DNA of 30,720 nucleotides from Histomonas meleagridis 2922-C6/04-290x (lineage: Eukaryota; Protista; Parabasalia): contig JAANOX010000112.1 in NCBI GenBank assembly GCA_020184695.1, positions 1 to 30,720 of the forward strand, in the 5' to 3' direction. Both the position numbers and the translations under genes were made by a program. Positions 11,405-21,158 of this stretch are shown here, piece after piece. Numbering within the stretch: position 1 is the stretch's first letter; each line of letters starts with the position of its first letter. The notes beneath the pieces were generated by a model. The model searched no databases. It saw nothing but the letters and a program-made list of their open reading frames with translations, and was not told the DNA's origin.

Positions 11405-12757
11405 ATGAAGGCTCCGAGCTCAAACCAATGGGCACCACATAAACAACTTTTCCAACGATATGCTCTTTTGTTCTCTATCGTGTTGCTTTCTATTCTTTTT
11501 GCGCACAAAGGATATTTTTACTTATGTTTGATTTTAATCCCTTTTTTATATCTCATTGATATATCAACTCCTTATTCACAGCTTAACACGAGAAAGGAAA
11601 TTGATTCAATAATCAACTCACTCCCTGTTCATGAACAAGAACCTGCAAATTGGTTTTCTCAACTTTTATCATTAATTTGGCCTCATCTCTTTCCACAACA
11701 TCGTGTTGATTCCTTTAAAGAAAAACTTCAATGGGTTCTTGACAATAATCCAGTTCCTTATTTCACTTCCATTGTTTTAAATTCTCTCGAAATTGGAGAT
11801 ATTGCACCACAAATCACACAAGTTTCTGTTCCAACGCAACCACTTCCATCCAAAGACTCATTTTTATTTGAAGTCAAAGCCATTTATTATCCTTCATTTC
11901 TTCTCAATGCTCTTATTGCTCTTAAATCAGTTCCAGCCTTTAACATCACCTTTAAAGATCTTACTCTTATGCTTGATGTTTATGTTCAACTTGAATTTAC
12001 ACCTGATCCATATCTTCCAAATATTCCATTTTGGACCTCTATGGATATGTCCTTAGCCACCCCACCTCAACTTTCCGGGTTTAACGTGACTCTTTTCTCA
12101 TCATCGAGTAACCTTATCAACAAAGAGTCCATCAAAAACAACATGAGCCAAACGTTCTCCAATTTACTTTGGCAGTTTTATGGGATGCCCAAAGGTTTTG
12201 TATGGGAAAGGGTCACTGGAGTCTGGATGAATGCCAATGTTTGTGGCTCGCATGTCTTAGAGCGCTGTTCTGTTTCAGACGCCCATCTTATTCGATATAG
12301 TCGAGTGAAGAAAGGCGCATTAGATTTATGTAAAAGTTTATATTTACCAGAACCATTAACATTACAAACGATTGAATATAAAGACAAATCAACATCAACA
12401 AAGCATTTGCAATTACTTGAAGAATTTAAAAAGAATATTACATTGCCAAAAATTGCTGAAGTTGCTGACGCTTTTAACGCTGATCATCCTTCAGCGGATG
12501 AGCTTGAGCTGTTTGTAGACCTGTCTTATGACGTTTTTATGAAGACATTCTCCAAATTTAGCGTGACATCATTAAAAAGAGGAAAGTCCAAAAGCGTGGA
12601 CGAGAACATTGCGTATGCGTATGTTTATATGAACTTTTTGTCCTTACAAAAAAAGGTTAATTGGGAAGTAGCAGAAAAACTTGATTTAGAAAAAAAGGTA
12701 AAAACTTTGGAACAAACAATTTTGAAGTTCCATAATAAGATGTCAAAGAAATCTTAA
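11405..12757 (+). CDS. Membrane-anchored SMP-domain lipid-transfer protein (extended-synaptotagmin/tricalbin-like N-terminus)
   Basis: Hairpin TM segment followed by EPANWFSQLLSLIWP...LNSLEIGDIAPQI, the typical SMP domain start. First ATG at 11405. Confidence 0.75.
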   Translation: MKAPSSNQWAPHKQLFQRYALLFSIVLLSILFAHKGYFYLCLILIPFLYLIDISTPYSQLNTRKEIDSIINSLPVHEQEPANWFSQLLSLIWPHLFPQHRVDSFKEKLQWVLDNNPVPYFTSIVLNSLEIGDIAPQITQVSVPTQPLPSKDSFLFEVKAIYYPSFLLNALIALKSVPAFNITFKDLTLMLDVYVQLEFTPDPYLPNIPFWTSMDMSLATPPQLSGFNVTLFSSSSNLINKESIKNNMSQTFSNLLWQFYGMPKGFVWERVTGVWMNANVCGSHVLERCSVSDAHLIRYSRVKKGALDLCKSLYLPEPLTLQTIEYKDKSTSTKHLQLLEEFKKNITLPKIAEVADAFNADHPSADELELFVDLSYDVFMKTFSKFSVTSLKRGKSKSVDENIAYAYVYMNFLSLQKKVNWEVAEKLDLEKKVKTLEQTILKFHNKMSKKS

Positions 12758-13191
12758 AATGTGTTCTTAAAATGATTAATTAGTAAAATTTAAAGAATGT
12801 TAAAAATGTTTTTTAAATATGTGTTTAAAAATCCTCTTTAACAATGTCTCAAATCCATAAATGAATGGGAAATAAAACTCATTGTAAAACACATTTTATT
12901 ACATTTGTTCTTATTTCTAATTTAATTTTTACTATTTTAAAATATGAATAATCATTTTTTTAATAATAATTGGCAATTTCAACTATACATAGTGATATGA
13001 TGGAAAAAGTCAAACGAAAATTTACCCCAAGTTGCTGGTCACTAGCGAGTGGAAGACAACTGTACCAAACCAATATTTTTGATATAAATATCTGTTTCAG
13101 TCAAGTCAAAAATTTAAATCCATTAAATTGTTTCGCATGCTCAAAAACAACAAAAAAATAAAATAAACATTTAATAACTAATTATAACAAG

Positions 13192-15490
13192 TTAGTTTTT
13201 GTTTATTATTTGAAGAAGAGTATCTACATAGTATCTATAATAATAATCACTATCAAGATCACAGTATGGATCATAAATTAAAGAAAGTGCTGTTTCAAAT
13301 AATTATAATAATTTCCAAATATTATTTTGAAATATGGAATTATTAAAATAAATATTAAACAAAGCAATTAAGTATTTTTAATATTAACATCAATACCTTC
13401 ATGTTCAACAAGTACATTGAAAATATTCGGGTTATAATCATTCATAACTGCATACATAAGTGCTGTTTCAAATAATTATAATAATTTCCAAATATTATTT
13501 TGAAATATTAAATCATTAAAACAAATATTAAACAAATCAAATAAATATCTTGAGCATTAACATTAATATTCTTTTGTTGTAGAAGTAATTCGATTGTTTC
13601 TGCGTAACCATATTTAGCTGCATACATAAGTGCTGTTTTAAATAATTATAATAATTTCCTAATATTATTTTGAAATATTAAATCACTAAAATAAATATTA
13701 AACAATTCAAATAAATATCTTGAGCATTAACATCAATTTCCTTATGTTGTAGAAGTAATTCGACTGTTTTTGTGTCATCACCTTCAGCTGCATAAATAAG
13801 TGCTGTTTTAAATAATTATAATAATTTCCAAATATTATTTTGAAATATTAAATCACTAAAATAAATATCAAACAAAACAAAAAAAAATCTTTAACATTAA
13901 CATCAATACCTTCATGTTCAAGAAACAATTTCACTATTTTTACATATCCTTTTTTAGTTGCTTGTATAAGTATTGTTCTAAAAAATTTTTATAATTTCCT
14001 AATATTATTTTGAAACATCAAATCATCAAAACATATTTTAAATAAAATATTTATATACCCTTAGTATTAACATCAATTCCTTTTTGTTCAAGGAGTAATT
14101 TTAACATAAATGAATTTCGTTTTTCATATGCTATCATAATTGCTGTATGAAATAATTGCTACAAATTCCTAATATTATTTTGAAATATTAAATTATTAAA
14201 ATAAATATCAAACAAAACAAATAAATATCTTTAACATTAACATCAATTTCCTTATGTTTAAGAAGTAATTTTAAAGTTTCTATGTGACAATTTTCCACTG
14301 CAAATATAAGTGCTGTTAGAAATAAATTAAAAAATTACCAAATATTATTCTAAAAAATCAAATTTAGCATTCACATCAGATTCTTTTGTTCCTAAAATAT
14401 ATTTTATAATCTCAATATTTTCGGATTTAGATGCAAAACCAAGAATATTTTGAGGTAATTTAAAATTTTGGTGATAATATATAACAAGAAATAAATCACC
14501 ATTTCTTGCTGCCTCATTTATCAATGATTCATCTGTTTTCATTCCTTCTTTTTCTAAAAATGTTAAAAGTTCATAGTTATTATATTTAATACATATTTTC
14601 CCTATTTCATTTAAGTTTTTAAGTATCTCTTTATTGTTTTCATAAAGGTAATAAAAGATATCAAATTTATTAAACATAATTGCTGTTTCATATGCACCTC
14701 TAAATGATGAATGATTTTGTTCACATAAATGAATAATTTCAATGTTTCCACCTACAAGTGCATATTTACCTGTATTACTTACATTTGCACCATTTATAAG
14801 TAAATATTTAAAACATTGAATTGATCCGAAAAATGCTGCATAATCAATTAGTGAAACATTGTTTTTATTAATGAATGAACATCTTTCATAAATTGATGGA
14901 TTAACTGTTTGATTAAAATTAAATTTTTGTTTGGATGATATTTCTTGAAGCTTTTCTATTTCATCATTTCGAATTATTTTAGCTATTTCATTTGGATTAA
15001 CCCCTTTTTTGATTACCTTCTTATGAAGTAACCAATAATTTTTTGATAGTTCATCATAATTATCGAAAAAATAACTAAGCTCTGGATTATATCTTGATTC
15101 TTGAATAACACTCTCTGAAATGTAATGTGAAAAAAATAAATTTTTAGTCTTTTTAATAACGTCTGGTTTAATTAATTTTAGATAAAGCATTTCATTAAGA
15201 ATAAAATATGATTCTTGCGAACATTGATCAAGAAGAAATTTTGTAAAAACTTTAATGATATCATTACTTCCTTCTCTTGATATAACTTGAAGAAAACTTA
15301 GGAAAAAATAAATCTCTTTTTCATGGACATGTGAAACAATATAAGAATATATTAACTTACTTACAATAAGATCAAAAGAATAAGAATAACTTCTTTTGGG
15401 AAATAAATTCATAGCAGCTTGTGCTGACTTATGAACATTTTCAGCATTTAAGTTGAAAATAATTTCTCTGAGTTGTATTAATTTTTGCAT
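13192..15490 (-). CDS. DUF3447-type ankyrin-repeat protein, 618 aa after removal of 26 x 17-nt intervening elements
   Basis: The 381-aa ORF has a DUF3447-like region (NPNEIAKIIRNDEIEKLQE, SLIDYAAFFGSIQCFKYL). Downstream are six ankyrin cores (TALxxA...LLL...IDVNxKD) at 170/173-nt spacing. 2299 nt minus 442 nt = 1857 nt = 618 codons plus TAA at 13192-13194, with no internal stop. Confidence 0.85.
13297..14356 (-). other. Array of 26 fixed-length 17-nt intervening elements with 3-nt micro-exons
   Basis: Elements at 14340-14356 and 14320-14336, then four per block at offsets 0/20/40/60 starting at 14150, 13980, 13810, 13640, 13470 and 13297. Example (sense): gat|atttatttgaattgttt|aat|atttattttagtgattt|aat|atttcaaaataatatta|gga|aattattataattattt|aaa aca gca. 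Confidence 0.9.
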
Positions 15491-15909
15491 TATTTTAACA
15501 CTTCAGCTAAAATTTTTCCAGAATTCAAAAGTGAATTAAACATTTGAAAAAGTTTCATCTTCTGTAAAAACTCACTGATGCAAGTTATAAAGAATATATT
15601 AGAATTGAATTTTTTGCAAAAATAATTTTAACTAGATGTGGAATTATGCAATAAAAGCATTTCCCATTCATCCTGAAATTTTAAATTTCTGCTTGCAAAA
15701 CACAAATTGGTCGGTTCAAATTTGATATTAAAAACTTTATATATAAAGTGACAGTTTTTAAACCTAATCGAAACTCTATTTATTCAAATTTTATAAAAAA
15801 GGAAAGTTTTATCAACACAATTTGAAATTGTCAACTTCAGTTCTCATTAAATGGATTTTCTAAATTTCAATATGTAATCTCAAAACAGAAGAATAAAGAA
15901 TTAAAAATT

Positions 15910-16370
15910 TTCTTTCCAGTAGAGGTTGTCCTTTTAATGATCTGACTAATCCCTCAATTGATTCCATTATACGATGTACATCATATGTTGCTAATGACTA
16001 TGAGTCTGAACTTATTAAAGCAAGAACAAGTCATGAATGCAACATAACATACATATTAATGAAACACAAGAAGTTACTCTTTAATATGAAAGGTTTTGTT
16101 GTTATTCAGAAGACAAATAAATGGATTCAAAGAAAAGGGAATTGTTGACATTTTAGATGATTCGATCATGAACATAGATAAAGAAATAAGAAATTTTATC
16201 TGTTCGTACATTTCTTTGCATGGCGGCTCATCAATTATTATGGCTTGCCAAAGAGAATTTTGTACGAGTTAAAAAAAAGTTGTATAAAGAAAACATTAAT
16301 CCAATGGTTAACTGTCTACCTGGGAGAAAAACATCAAGTTGGCTGGGTGCATCGATTATAAAATTATAAA
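15910..16370 (+). pseudogene. Actin-like/actin-related protein pseudogene fragment (C-terminal half)
   Basis: Frameshifted pieces: YVANDYESEL, ERFCC, KGIVDILDDSIMNIDKEIR, LHGGSS..GLPKRILYEL, PGRKTSSWLGASI. These follow the actin C-terminal motifs in order. Confidence 0.7.
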
Positions 16371-17229
16371 ATATTTAGAAATTATACAAATTATTTAAAA
16401 AAACAAAACTGTGTATGCAAGAAATTTCACAGAAATTGTTAATTTACTTCTTGAATATGGATAATGATTTAAAAATTACTCATCAAGTATAATATAAATT
16501 TATGCTAATCACATACCTTTGTATTAAAAATTGCAATACGAATATTTTATAATCTAATATTATCATAGAAATATCAATATAATAATTGAAACTCGATATT
16601 TTGAAAGATTTGAGTTTTCGATGAATAATGGTCAATGTCAAATTCCATTTCTTGAACGCACTATAGTATTGGGGTTTCTTAACTTCATTCTTTTCCAAAA
16701 ATATTTGCAGCTTCAAAACAATGATTTTCTGGGTATGGGCATTGAAATTCGTTATAAAAAACACATTTATTTCAAAGGTATCCTCTGAAAATGTGAAATT
16801 TATAAAAATTATTTTGCACGGATGATTCTTAAAAATAATTTATTATTCTATTAATATAATATATTAATTAAGTTATTATCAAATACTATTGAATATAATA
16901 TTTATAATATGAATATAAACAAGAATAAAATTATTTGAAGATTCCAAATATGTATTCAAATATATTTGGTCACCTCACTTTTATTAGAAACGAACATTTT
17001 CCGGATATTTGCTCTCAATACTGTTCCGTTTCAATTGAAATATTTCTATGATTATTATTGGTTCATGCACTCAAATCAGTTTTGAATGAATTCAACCACA
17101 TTGTCTCAAAATTTTCCATCAAAGTTGTTTGAGTTGGTTCAAAATTTGTTTCATAAAACGTTTTATTTAATAAACGAAAAAAAAAACAATAGGTTGTAAT
17201 TACAACAATATGAAGACATTATATGCATT

Positions 17230-17811
17230 CTATTCTTCTGGTAAAGCTTTCTTCAATTCGTCAAATGCATCAGAGTTATCTTCATTTTGATTACTTTCTA
17301 GATTTGCTCCGAATTTAATGATAGTGTCGCCATAATCTTCATTTTGCCATATAATCGGAAGAGGTTCTGTTGAAATATTATTGGATGGAGTAAGGTCATT
17401 ACTTTGTAAAAACAAAAATTGGTATGAATCTGAATCTGAATCAGAATATGATGAGTTTGTATCAAGTTTTCTGATTTCATTTCTTGGTTTCAATTTATCT
17501 GTTTGCATATCTAAAACTCGTGCAATTTCTCGTGAAATAGTTTGATCTTCTTTCTTAAATAAATCTTCAATATTCTGAATTTTACTTACAATTTTACATT
17601 CAATGATATCACCATTTTTAATTCCTTGTTTGATTAAAGTTTCATCCGGATTTAAAACTATTCCATTAAAAAATAAATAAACCTTTTCATTTTCGAAACA
17701 AGAAAATTGCAATATATCTGATAATCTTCCTGCTGTACATGATTTATGTATGAGAACAGGAAGAATTGCACCAGGAAGCCATTGGATATTTATCTTTAAT
17801 TCTCCTTCCAT
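17230..17811 (-). CDS. Ubiquitin-like-domain protein with acidic/Ser-rich C-terminus
   Basis: N-terminal beta-grasp-like sequence (LFFNGIVLNPDETLIKQGIKNGDIIEC), intact 193 aa. Confidence 0.75.
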   Translation of the reverse strand: MEGELKINIQWLPGAILPVLIHKSCTAGRLSDILQFSCFENEKVYLFFNGIVLNPDETLIKQGIKNGDIIECKIVSKIQNIEDLFKKEDQTISREIARVLDMQTDKLKPRNEIRKLDTNSSYSDSDSDSYQFLFLQSNDLTPSNNISTEPLPIIWQNEDYGDTIIKFGANLESNQNEDNSDAFDELKKALPEE

Positions 17812-18269
17812 CTGGCTTTTGTGGGTAACGTTCTATTCTGGACAGATTCAATCAGAAATAATCATATCAATTGAAATTTGAGATTAATCTATAGGTATTC
17901 AAATATTCAAGTTAGACAAAATCAATCTGACTCTGTTAAATTTGAGAGGGATAGTTAGTGGATAACTTTACTCTAAAGAACCAACAGAAATATTTCTTCC
18001 CATTCACAAAAATGGTTATTTTAAAAAAAAAGTTCAATGTGAACTCATTTTTCATGCTTTTTCAAAATATTTTTAACTTAAATTAATTTTAATTAACAAT
18101 GTGTTAAAAAAAATATGTTACCAAAGAGAAATGAGCGATGGCCATGAGGGGACAGAGGCTTTTGTATTTTTACTTAAATTATGAAGTGATGGCTTTATTT
18201 TTTGGTTGAAATCAAAATTTGTTTGTGATGATAATATCGTTTTTGACTTATACATGATTTCATGAAAAA

Positions 18270-18400
18270 GTTTTTCTGTTTCATCATTTCGAATTATTTT
18301 TGTGATTTCATTCAGATTATGCCCTTAAAGGGCATCCCAACCATTCTTTATAATTTCTTCAATGCTTTCCTAAAAGTATTTATAAAATGCATTTTATTTA
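18270..18400 (-). pseudogene. DUF3447-ankyrin gene remnant
   Basis: Shares tttct(a/g)tttcatcatttcgaattatttt with ~14950-14980. Translates to NEITKIIRNDETEKL, flanked by stops. Confidence 0.6.
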
Positions 18401-18899
18401 GTTATATATATATATATATATATTCATTTTGTCAATTGAAATGCCATGTGTAAAGTATGGTGTTGATTTGTTTTTACAAATCAGCCATATTGTTTATTAT
18501 TGTTTTCAATCATTTTCTCCCAAAAGACAATTTGATTGTTGCGGATCTTTAGATATTAAACATTTTATAAATATAACAATGATTTTGTTATGATCGTGAC
18601 CAATTTCATCAATTCCAATTTTTTATAATTTGAAAGCAAAACTATTCAAGTCCTTTTGATATATAACATGAGTATATTAATTTACTTACAATTAGATTGT
18701 ATGAATATGAAAACTCTTGTGGAAAGTTCGCTCAGAGAGATTCTATCCTATCAATGCTTTTATCATTTAAATCAAAAATTACCTGCTCTGAGTTCTGCAA
18801 CATTTGAAAATTTTCAGTGCATTGCTTTTGATCGCTCTCGAATATTTGATATATATAATGCCCATTCTAAGATTTTGCAAATAATTTTAGCATCCACTA

Positions 18900-20807
18900 G
18901 AAAATTTCCATCGAAGAAATTAGTTAACTGATTAACAATCAGTTAAAAAATGACGTTATAATAATTGCATCTGAATCAGGAAACTTCGAACTTGTTAAAT
19001 ATATTCAGGAAAAAGCGGGATATTATGTAACTTTTAAAGGAACTTATTAAGTTTTTTAATGTTTCTTATTGTATTTTGATGTTTTAGTATAATATTTGAT
19101 ATATATTTAACAAATTTAAGGCTTCAGTTATGAAATCATTGGAACATCGTCAGAATAAAATTCTTGAAGAACTTTTCAATAAAAAAGGATCTAATAATGA
19201 TATTTAAAAATATGATTTCAAAGAATACTTATTAACGAATTGAAGGGATGTTATACTGAAATGTTTGAAATACTTGAGAAAAAAGAAATTGATATTAACA
19301 TACAAACAATTTATTTCAATATTATGATAATATTTTATATAAATATTCGGAAATTATTTAAATTATACAAAACAGCACTTATGAAAGCATCTTGCAAAGG
19401 TCACATAGAGATTGTTAAACTAATTCTTGAACAAGAAGGAATTGATATTAATGCCAAAGATATTTATTCGTTTTGTTTAGAATCGATTTTATTATGATAA
19501 AATTTCATAATAAAATTTGGAAGTTGTTTGACTAATTTACAACAGCACTTATATTGGCATTGAAAAAAAAAATGAAATAGAAATAATAAAATTACTTCTT
19601 GAACAATAAGGAATTAATGTTAATGGAAAATATTTTACTAATTTAATGTTCCAAAATAATATTAGAAAATTATTTAAATTATTTGGTGATAGGATTATAA
19701 ATGCGCCTTATGGCCCAACAATTCAAATGAAACGCCACTTCTAATAGCATTAAAAAAAGGTTATGTAGAAATTGCGAAATTAATTCTTCAACATAAAGAT
19801 ATAAATGTAAATACTCAAGGTAATATTTATTATAATATTTTCGTGTTTCTAAATAATATTTGGAATTTGATATAAATATTTTTTACAGCATTAATTTACG
19901 CATCTCGATATGGATATATTGATATAGTTGAATTACTTCTTGAACAAAATTTTGTTGATGTTAGTATCAAAGATAATATTAATTTCATATTTTTAAAATT
20001 TCAACGCAATTTTCGGAATTTTTTCAATTTATTTTTAACAATTTTAATGACTGTAGTAATTAATGGTTACACTGAAATCGTTAGATATCTTCTCAAACAA
20101 CAAATTATTGATATTAATGTTGAAGATAATATTTAAATTAATAATATAAAATTTATTTGTTTTATTTGGAGTTCATTCTTAAAATTTAAAACAGCTTTAA
20201 TTCATGCAGCAGTAAGAAGTCATATAGAAATAGTAAAATTACTACTTGAACAAGAAGGAATGAAATTAATGCCAAAGATAACAATGCTTACAATTTGTTT
20301 TTGGAATTCATCATAATAATTTGAAACTGCTTTTATGAAAGCCAAACAAAAAGATAATCAAAATATTGTTAAATTATTACTTAAGCAAAAAGGAATTGAA
20401 ACCGATAGCAAAGGCAAAACAATTTTCGCCAGCAAAGAATTTGGTTTCAAGATGCAACAGAATATGGATCCAAGAGATATTCACCAAATGATAATACAAG
20501 GGCAAATCGAAACTCTTTCAAATGAACTAAGAAGTAATTTCATACCAGGACATTGTACTTCGAACAAACAGGTTAAAAACAAGTACAACATAATAGGTAC
20601 TATAGATGTAGAACATGTATGAGCAATTCAGGAAATTATTGTATTTGTGAAGAATGTGCAAAGGTTTGTCATAAAGGCCATGATGTAGTTCCATCACATA
20701 ACAGGTCAGCCTTTTGCGACTGTGGAGCTGGGCATTTCCTTTTCCCTTGTAAGCTAATTCCAAGACACAATACACAAAATAATAAAGAATACATATCTTG
20801 GATTTAA
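18900..20807 (+). pseudogene. Ankyrin-repeat + C-terminal UBR-type zinc-finger gene with 17-nt elements; additionally damaged
   Basis: About 7-8 ankyrin repeats can be rebuilt after removing 17-nt elements. Residual lesions: 16-nt element at 19042, A10 run at 19563-19572, TAA at 19607-19609, 1-nt deletions near 20260 and 20560, TAA at 20574-20576. The C-terminus YRCRTC...CICEECAKVCHKGH...FCDCG matches a UBR box. Confidence 0.75.
19042..20322 (+). other. Second array of 17-nt intervening elements (26 counted, one of them 16 nt)
   Basis: Starts: 19042 (16 nt), 19061, 19081, 19101, 19202, 19309, 19332, 19352, 19462, 19482, 19502, 19522, 19628, 19648, 19668, 19825, 19845, 19865, 19978, 19998, 20018, 20131, 20151, 20171, 20286, 20306. 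Confidence 0.85.
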
Positions 20808-21158
20808 AAAATTGTCAGATGAATATTTTTTGCAATAAATCTGAAAATTTTTATATTATATTTTACAAAGTCCTGCAAGCACTAACCCGACACAACTTTT
20901 GTAAAGAGGAAAATTCAATGATTTACCCTTTGAAAATTCGTGTTAAAACTGAGCAAAAATCTGTTTCCTTTGTGTTTTGAATGCAATTTCCGGTTTACGG
21001 TACCAAATTGTGTTGAACCATCAAAATTTTTCAAATTTACCGTCACTTTTATATCAAATTGAGTGTAGCAGATCATATCGAAAATATAAACTTAAGTATT
21101 TCAAATCATTTGAAAATATTTTCTGAGGAACACCAAGCCCAGACAAGTTTTTGTTATC

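Noticed and set aside
13297-14356. CRISPR-like array (regular repeat/spacer look, 170-nt period)
   Set aside because: The units are ankyrin-coding repeats in a eukaryotic context; there are no cas genes and no invariant direct repeat.
19685-19731. Possible 27th insert (19694-19710) in the irregular 190-nt repeat
   Set aside because: It restores the frame but gives a non-ankyrin loop (GDRWPNNSNETPL) in an already damaged repeat; not counted.
19607-20576. In-frame TAA at Glu/Lys/Gln-like positions suggesting stop-codon reassignment
   Set aside because: Intact genes in the window end in TAA/TGA and long ORFs contain no internal TAA; the same locus has independent frameshifts, so decay or assembly error is simpler.
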